Below, piece by piece: positions 57,827-64,000 of a stretch of DNA of 64,000 nt. The translations under genes and the position numbers were made by a program. The first letter of the stretch is position 1. Each line of letters opens with the position of its first letter. The notes under the pieces were generated by a model. The model was not told where the DNA came from and did not search any database. It saw nothing but the letters and a program-made list of their open reading frames with translations. Source of the stretch: Thermoleophilia bacterium (lineage in GTDB: Bacteria; Actinomycetota; Thermoleophilia; UBA2241); NCBI GenBank assembly GCA_041393415.1, contig JAWKKE010000001.1:778363-842362 (forward strand), in the 5' to 3' direction.

Positions 57827-59128
57827 CTACTCGATCGAGTTCGGCGCGGTCACGTTGCCGCTGCTCCCGCCCCCTATGGCAAACAGTGTTGCCGCTCTCG
57901 GCACTCGCAGCGTGTTGCCGACGATCGTGTTGTCGCGAGCCTGCTCGAGTTCGAAGATGGTACGCCCCACATCGGCGACCACGGTGTTGCCCGTGAACTT
58001 GTTGCCGGCCCCTTTGAGGTAGAAGTACGCCACCTCAGGGTACTGAATCGCACCGGTATCGCGCGTGAGATCAAACAGATTGTCGCGAATGATGGTCTTA
58101 GGTGCGACAAACGACATGTCGCCGTGGCCCATCTTGAACGTGTTGTTGGAAGCACGGTAGACCGTGTTGCCCTCGATCACCACGTCGCGTGGGCTCTCCA
58201 CACATATCGTGTAACCCCAGCGAGAATCCTCGGCAAGACCACCGCCCTTGAGCACGCTGTCGCGTATGAGAGCAGGTCCGCTCGCCCGCACTTGCGTGCC
58301 CGAGATTGGCATGTCCGCGAGATCGACGCAGAATTCGTCGGTCGCCTCGAAGACGCAGTCCACAATCCTGAGATTGGACCACCCATGCACCACCGGCCCG
58401 CGCGACGAATCTGTGAAGGCCTCCAACCCCGCTCGCGGCGAGCCGCTGCGCACGCCGTTCGAGACGCCGATGTGGCAGCCCTTGAAGGTGACATCAGTCA
58501 CATGCGATCCACCCGCAGCGCCCACCTCGAAGACCGAGATGTTGTTGAAGTCACGCGAGTGCTGCGCATCCTCGACGCCCAGATTGCACTCCACTTTGCA
58601 GTCGCTGAAGGTGATGCGCGCGCAGTCATTGCCCATTCCGTATCCGAGCATGATCACCGCGCAATCCGCACTCTCGCCGCCGCCGCCACGAAACCGACAA
58701 CGAGCGAACGTGGAGTCATGAGCACCGGGGGAGAGGCGAAACGACTTACCCTCGGTGCCGATCTTGAGATCAAGTAGGGTGACGTGACTGCCAGCCTTGA
58801 CGGCCCCATGCAGCCAACTACGCTCCATCCCCGAACCAATCACGCGTACCCCATCCGGGATAGCGAGAGATGACAGGCGATACTCGCCCGCCGGCACACG
58901 CACCGTACCCCCGCTTCGCTGGGCCGCAACCTGCAGGGCCTTGCGAAATGCGCGCGTGTCATCGTGTCGCCCATCCCCCACAGCCCCGAAGTCCTTCACA
59001 CTGACGGTGAACAGCACTACCTTGCTGGGACTCGCGCCGCAGGCGATCGACGGCATGGCACCGGCAAGCAACAGAACACAGGCCAACACGCCGATCAACC
59101 GCGTGTTCGTGTGCGCCTCGAACGGCAA
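57827..59128 (-). CDS. secreted right-handed beta-helix protein (pectate-lyase-superfamily / glycoside hydrolase-28-like)
   Basis: Signal peptide, VKDFGAVGDGRHDDTRAFRKAL (Pectate_lyase_3 N-terminal signature), and repeated beta-helix rungs. Confidence 0.65.
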   Translation of the reverse strand: MPFEAHTNTRLIGVLACVLLLAGAMPSIACGASPSKVVLFTVSVKDFGAVGDGRHDDTRAFRKALQVAAQRSGGTVRVPAGEYRLSSLAIPDGVRVIGSGMERSWLHGAVKAGSHVTLLDLKIGTEGKSFRLSPGAHDSTFARCRFRGGGGESADCAVIMLGYGMGNDCARITFSDCKVECNLGVEDAQHSRDFNNISVFEVGAAGGSHVTDVTFKGCHIGVSNGVRSGSPRAGLEAFTDSSRGPVVHGWSNLRIVDCVFEATDEFCVDLADMPISGTQVRASGPALIRDSVLKGGGLAEDSRWGYTICVESPRDVVIEGNTVYRASNNTFKMGHGDMSFVAPKTIIRDNLFDLTRDTGAIQYPEVAYFYLKGAGNKFTGNTVVADVGRTIFELEQARDNTIVGNTLRVPRAATLFAIGGGSSGNVTAPNSIE

Positions 59129-59338
59129 CAGAAGATCCTCGCTTCCCGGCCCTTACGAAGCAGCCCGCTGCGGAGAGTAGCTTTCAAGTAACCACACCGC
59201 ACTCGGCTACCACAACCATCGTAAGGCCTTGTTCGCGCGGATTCCAGGAGAGCCCGGCAAGCGACAGATGGGCCCCGGGCCACGCGCGAAGCAAGGCGCC
59301 GGGGCCCTGACGGTCCCGCGAAGTGAACTCGAGACGCT

Positions 59339-61432
59339 CTAACTGGTCACGTCGTTCGGCGTAGTGACGTTGCCAGAGCAGCCGTCATCCAACTGGAAAA
59401 GCCGCGTTGCAGACGGCACTCGAAGCGCATTGCCCGTGATCACGTTGTCACGTGCTTGCTGCAGTTCGAAGACAATGCCCAGGGTGCCGCTCGAAATCGT
59501 GTTGCCGGTGAACTGATTACCGCCGCCCTTCACGTAGAGCGCCGGCGAGCCCAGCGGGATTCCCCAGTTTGTCGTTAGGTCAAAGGTGTTGTTGCGCACT
59601 ACCACCGCCGGATTGACGGTGCTCATGTCGCCACAACCCATCTTGAACGTGTTGTTGGCGGCACGATAAATCGTGTTGCCCTCAATCACCACACCCTTGG
59701 GGCTCTCTACGCAGATGGTGTAGTTCCAGCCGCCCTTGAGTGTGTTACCGCGGATCAGCGCTGGCCCACTCGCACGCGTACTGCTACCGGACAGCGTGCA
59801 GTCGGCAAGGTCGATGTTGTACCAGTCTGACGGCTCAAATACGCAGTTCACGACACTCAGATTGCTCCAGCCGTGCGTAACCGTGCCGTTGCTGTCCCAC
59901 GTATACGCTTCCAGATCCATGCGCGGGCAACCCGAACGCACGCCATTGGAGACACCGACTTGGCAACTGTCGAACGTTACGTTGTTCACGTGAGCGCCAC
60001 CAGCAGCGCCGTTCTCAGTGATACGGATGTTATTGAAATCGTTAGAGAACGAGGCGTTCTCGACACCGAGATTGCACTCGATGAGACATCCTCTGAACGT
60101 GATGCCGTCGCAACTCGACGTTCCATCACCGAGCGTGATGACCGGCGCGTTGCTGCCGGTGCCACCGCCGCCACGAAAACGAACGCCCTCAAACAGCGTG
60201 TTCGCGGCGCCGGCTGCGTTACGCACAGAGTACCCTGCGTCACCGAGCTTGATGTCCCGCACGACGACGTTCGAGCCGTAGTAGATCTTGGCCTTGAGCC
60301 AGCTCGCATCCATCCCCGCGCCTTGCAGCGTTACTCCATTTGGGATCGTGATCGCGTTCGCAGACGCCCAGGTACCAGCCGGAATGGTGATCGTCGTGCC
60401 AGCCTGTGCGCTCGTGATCTGCGAGTAGAGCTGCTCAGCCGAGAGTGTCGGGGTAGGCGTGGGAGTGGGGGTCGGGGTTGCTGTCGCAGTCGGAGTGGGA
60501 GTAGGAGTTGGCGTCGGTGTGGGCGTCACGGTCGGCGTCGGCGTAGGAGTTGGTGTCGGTGTGGGCGTCACGGTCGGTGTCGGTGTGGGCGTCGGAGTTG
60601 GGGTCGGTGTTGCTGTCGCAGTCGGAGTGGGAGTAGGAGTTGGTGTCGGTGTGGGCGTCACGGTCGGCGTCGGCGTAGGAGTTGGCGTGGAAGTTGCCGA
60701 GGGCGCGGGCGTAGGCGTCGGTGCCACGGCGCCATAGACCGATACCTCGTACACAGACGCCGGCACGGCTGAGGAGCTGGCCCCGACCACTCTGACTCGC
60801 ACAAAACGAGCGGTGGACGTCATCGCATCCGTCGTCGTTCCCTTGACGCGATTGGTGCTTCGATCGACGGCGGGCTCGAAGACAGCGCCGTCGTCGCTGG
60901 TCTCGAGAACGTACTTGTACGCGCGATTCGCCTCGTACCACTTGATCTGAATACCGGAGAGGTCGGCCTTCGCGCCGAGATCGACGGTCCACCATTGGGG
61001 ATAGTCCGCCGAGCTAGCCGCCCACCGGGACCCGAGCCGACCATCGTTGCCGGATGCAGCAGAAGTGCCCGAAAGGCTCGAACTCGCGCTGGAGGGGAGA
61101 GCCACCGAGAGCAGATCACCGGAAGGCGTCGGCGCCGGTCGGGCCGCGCTCAACGGAACCTTGCGCAGAACGATGTATTTCTTGTCTCGCTCGATGACCC
61201 GAAACGTGGGAACACCGTGAACTTTCGCGAAGTGCTGGCTCTTGTACACGACGAGTGTCCGCTTGTGACCGCGAACAACATCGTAGCTGCGGGCGTGCTT
61301 GATGATCCTGTAGCGAAGAGACTTAGAAGAGGCGGCGGCGTGCGCCGGAGAGACCACCAGGAGACTCAAGACCACGGCCGCGATGACGAGAGCGCTGGCG
61401 AGGCCGAAAGAGAGACTCAGTTTCCTTGTCAT
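59339..61432 (-). CDS. secreted multidomain protein: F5/8 type C (discoidin/CBM32-like) domain, Pro-Thr repeat linker, and beta-helix domain paralogous to 57827-59128
   Basis: Signal peptide, [20 protein letters not shown]...IKW (discoidin-like), ~85-aa (TPTP)n linker, and a C-terminal domain aligning block-by-block with the neighbouring beta-helix protein ([21 protein letters not shown] vs CKVECNLGVEDAQHSRDFNNI). Confidence 0.65.
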   Translation of the reverse strand: MTRKLSLSFGLASALVIAAVVLSLLVVSPAHAAASSKSLRYRIIKHARSYDVVRGHKRTLVVYKSQHFAKVHGVPTFRVIERDKKYIVLRKVPLSAARPAPTPSGDLLSVALPSSASSSLSGTSAASGNDGRLGSRWAASSADYPQWWTVDLGAKADLSGIQIKWYEANRAYKYVLETSDDGAVFEPAVDRSTNRVKGTTTDAMTSTARFVRVRVVGASSSAVPASVYEVSVYGAVAPTPTPAPSATSTPTPTPTPTVTPTPTPTPTPTPTATATPTPTPTPTPTPTVTPTPTPTPTPTPTVTPTPTPTPTPTPTATATPTPTPTPTPTLSAEQLYSQITSAQAGTTITIPAGTWASANAITIPNGVTLQGAGMDASWLKAKIYYGSNVVVRDIKLGDAGYSVRNAAGAANTLFEGVRFRGGGGTGSNAPVITLGDGTSSCDGITFRGCLIECNLGVENASFSNDFNNIRITENGAAGGAHVNNVTFDSCQVGVSNGVRSGCPRMDLEAYTWDSNGTVTHGWSNLSVVNCVFEPSDWYNIDLADCTLSGSSTRASGPALIRGNTLKGGWNYTICVESPKGVVIEGNTIYRAANNTFKMGCGDMSTVNPAVVVRNNTFDLTTNWGIPLGSPALYVKGGGNQFTGNTISSGTLGIVFELQQARDNVITGNALRVPSATRLFQLDDGCSGNVTTPNDVTS
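60440..60730. repeat. tandem hexanucleotide-class repeat (ggcgtcggtgtgggagtagga-type units) encoding the Pro-Thr linker
   Basis: Read directly: repeated ggagtgggagtaggagttggcgtcggtgtgggcgtcacggtcggcgtcggcgtagga units on the plus strand (antisense of the TPTPTP coding). Confidence 0.7.
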
Positions 61433-61763
61433 TGGCACATGCTCCTCCGAGACAAGGAACGCACGAAGTCGTGGCGGCACGACGACGCCCAGGCACCATC
61501 CAGGGGAGACAGGAGGTCACACCGGCGTGACTCGCGTGAGTTCCATCAGCGTTGCTACGAGCAGTCGTCACCGCTCGTGTCTCAGATCGGCGATGCCCGC
61601 CAATCCCTAAGGGTTATGGACGAATGGCCGTCTTCCGATACGGCAACACGAAGGGCTCGCGTGTGGCCTCGAGTGGGCAACTCGCCAAGTCCAGGCAATG
61701 GCTGGCGCTATAATCGGCGGGCCGCGGGCGACGAGCGCGAGAACCGCGCAACGAGGGGGTAAC

Positions 61764-62702
61764 GTGACTGATCATTACTTGGTAACCGGTGGTGGTGGAT
61801 TCATCGGTTCACATGTCGTAAACGAACTCCTATCCCGCGGTCACCGAGTGCGGGTCCTCGACAACTTCTCGACGGGGCGTCGACAGAATCTGGCGCCGTT
61901 CCTTGACGACATAGAGCTCATCGAGGGTGACATTCGCAGCTACGAGCGAGCGACAACAGCCGTGAAGGGCGTCGACGTCGTGATCCACCTCGCCGCCCTA
62001 CCGTCCGTCCCCCGTTCGGTCCAGGACCCGCTGACAACCTCGGAGGTCAACGTCACCGGGACTCTCAACGTCCTTCTGGCCGCGCGCGATCACGGTGTGA
62101 GGCGCGTCGCCATGGCTTCATCGTCATCCGTCTATGGTTCCAACAACTTCCTCCCCAAACACGAGGAGCTCATTCCGCACCCCATCTCACCCTACGGGGT
62201 GTCCAAGCTAGCGGCGGAGCAGTACGCGATGGCGTTTCACTCCGTATACGGTCTGGAGACCGTTGCTCTCCGGTACTTCAATGTTTTCGGCCCCAGGCAG
62301 GATCCCAACTCGCAGTACAGCGGAGTGGTCGCTCTCTTTGTACGCCTCGCTCTCGAGAACAAGCAGCCGCATGTATGCGGAGACGGAACCCAGACGCGCG
62401 ATTTCACCTATGTGTCGAACGTGGTCGACGCAACGCTTCTCGCAGCTGCCGCTCCACAAGCAAGCGGATCCGTACTCAACATCGGATGCGGTGCGTCCTC
62501 GTCGGTCCTCGATCTCATCGCCGCTATCGAGCGAGTCTCCAGCCGCTCTCTAGATCCGGTCTTCGGGCCGCCACGGGCCGGTGACGTCAAGCACTCCTTC
62601 GCCAACATCGATCGGGCGCGAGCGCGACTCGGCTACGAGCCGCGCGTGCCCTTCGCCGAGGGCATCGCGAAGACGTACCAAGCGCTCGCCGACGACGAGT
62701 AA
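61764..62702 (+). CDS. NAD-dependent epimerase/dehydratase (UDP-hexose 4-epimerase family)
   Basis: VTGGGGFIGSHV Rossmann motif and active-site YxxxK region (SPYGVSKLAAE). GTG at 61764 after GAGGGGG. Confidence 0.8.
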   Translation: MTDHYLVTGGGGFIGSHVVNELLSRGHRVRVLDNFSTGRRQNLAPFLDDIELIEGDIRSYERATTAVKGVDVVIHLAALPSVPRSVQDPLTTSEVNVTGTLNVLLAARDHGVRRVAMASSSSVYGSNNFLPKHEELIPHPISPYGVSKLAAEQYAMAFHSVYGLETVALRYFNVFGPRQDPNSQYSGVVALFVRLALENKQPHVCGDGTQTRDFTYVSNVVDATLLAAAAPQASGSVLNIGCGASSSVLDLIAAIERVSSRSLDPVFGPPRAGDVKHSFANIDRARARLGYEPRVPFAEGIAKTYQALADDE

Positions 62703-62760
62703 ACGGCTCCTGTGGCATCCGGGAGCCCCAACGCAGACACCAGCGCCCCGCGCAGGGAGA

Positions 62761-64000
62761 TGAGCTTCGGGGCCAACGCGATCCTCAACGTCTCTTCCTG
62801 GTTCGTTCCCGCGCTGGTCGCCCTCATCGCCGTACCAATTACGGTCCGAGGACTGGGCGCGGACGCCTACGGGCTCCTCGCCCTCGTGACGGCCGTCACC
62901 GGCTATCTGGGACTTATGGAGATGGGCCTCGGAACAGCTATCGTGCGCTACCTTTCCTTCTACCGTGCGCTCAACCAGGGACGGCCGATGCTTGGCATCA
63001 TTCGTTTCGCGAGCACCTGGTTTGGAGCCGCAGGCGCGATCGGTGCCCTCGGATTGTTCTTCGGCGCGCATTGGATCGCCACAGTTGTCCTCCACGTCCC
63101 CGCCACACTTGTAGACACAGCAGTCGACGTTCTTCACATCACCGCCCTCGGCTTCTTCTCAGGCATGTTCGTGAGCGTCGGCGCCGCCATTCCTCAGGCC
63201 TTCCTGCGCTACGACCTTGCCGCGGGCATGACGGCTGTGTTCGGCGTTCTCGGCTCGGCAGGTCCCGCAGTACTCGTTCTACTCGGCTATGGGCTGACCG
63301 CGGTAGTGGCGTATGCAGCAGCCATTAACGTCACCACCGCTATCATCTATGCACTCATCGCACGGCATCTCTTCCGGCCGATCGACATCACCGCCGGCCC
63401 GGAATGGCGCACGATTCGCCGAGAGACGCTGCGCTTCGCAGGTGTCGCAGCGCTCAATCAGATTCACTCCGTGATCGCGTCGCAGACGTCGCGCGTCGTT
63501 GTCGGGGCAGCCCTCGGCGTAGCGGCGGCGGCGTACTACCAGGTGCCGTCGCTCCTCTCGTCACGCGTCAGCTCCATGCTGTCACGCGTGGCCTACGTCG
63601 TGTTTCCCACCGCCTCCGGCATGCGTGCCCGGGACGACCACGAAGGCGTGACGCGCCTGTATCTCCGTACGTCACGTCTCATCTTCGTCATCAACGGCAG
63701 CGTGACGATGGCCATGTGCGCCCTGTCGGCGCCGCTGCTGCAATACTGGGTGAGCCCGGAGTACGCACGTGAGGGAGCCGCCGCATTGGCCATCTTCTCG
63801 ATTAGCAACGCCATTAACGGATCGACGATGTCGGCCAGCTACGTCAATCTCTCGGCCACACGACCCGGCGTGAATCTGGCCTTCGCTTTCAGCAACAGCG
63901 CAGTCGCGCTGGCGACGATCTACCCCCTCACCGTGCGCTACGGAGTGACCGGAGCGGCGTTTGCCGGACTCCTCGGCGCAACAAACGTTCCGGTCTTCCT
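62761..64000 (+). CDS. polysaccharide biosynthesis protein / Wzx-like flippase (MOP superfamily); C-terminus beyond the window
   Basis: Translation MSFGANAILNVSSWFVPALVALIAVPITVRGLGADAYGLLALVTAVTGYLGLMEMGLGTAIVRYLSF... matches the Wzx/polysacc_synt N-terminal region. No stop within the window, so it is absent from the ORF track. Confidence 0.6.

Noticed and set aside
60459-60737. 92-aa ORF translating as (GV)n
   Set aside because: It is the opposite-strand reading of the Pro-Thr linker repeat within the 59339-61432 gene, not an independent gene.

Overview
High-GC, Actinobacteria-like chromosomal segment with three zones. (1) Positions ~1-17.7 kb are an accessory region centred on a tRNA-Arg(CCT) gene on the minus strand (12132-12207). 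To its left lies a phage/ICE-like integrative module: excisionase-like HTH, DnaB-N/RecA-like replication ATPase, ParB-nuclease::DNA methyltransferase fusion and tyrosine integrase. Two cargo genes sit between the integrase and the tRNA 3' end. To its right, a 5.3-kb island is bounded by a 46-nt perfect direct repeat of the tRNA 5' half plus diverged upstream flank. That island carries a tightly coupled six-gene operon whose products look like nuclease folds (PD-(D/E)xK x2, GIY-YIG-like, MBL/beta-CASP-like, HhH-like) plus one unrecognisable protein. It has no ATPase, methyltransferase or integrase. This is the best candidate for an undescribed system. (2) Positions ~17.8-37.2 kb are housekeeping genes: anaerobic sulfatase maturase plus sulfatase, amt, glnA, nadE, ask-asd, trxB-trxA and ileS. 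(3) Positions ~37.9-64 kb are a large cell-envelope/exopolysaccharide locus (GtrA, GT-C, GT4s, three tandem FemAB-like GNATs, BY-kinase, Wzy-like, Wzx-like, epimerase, S8 protease, secreted beta-helix proteins). No CRISPR or rRNA was seen. All functional calls come from motifs read by eye; no database search was run.
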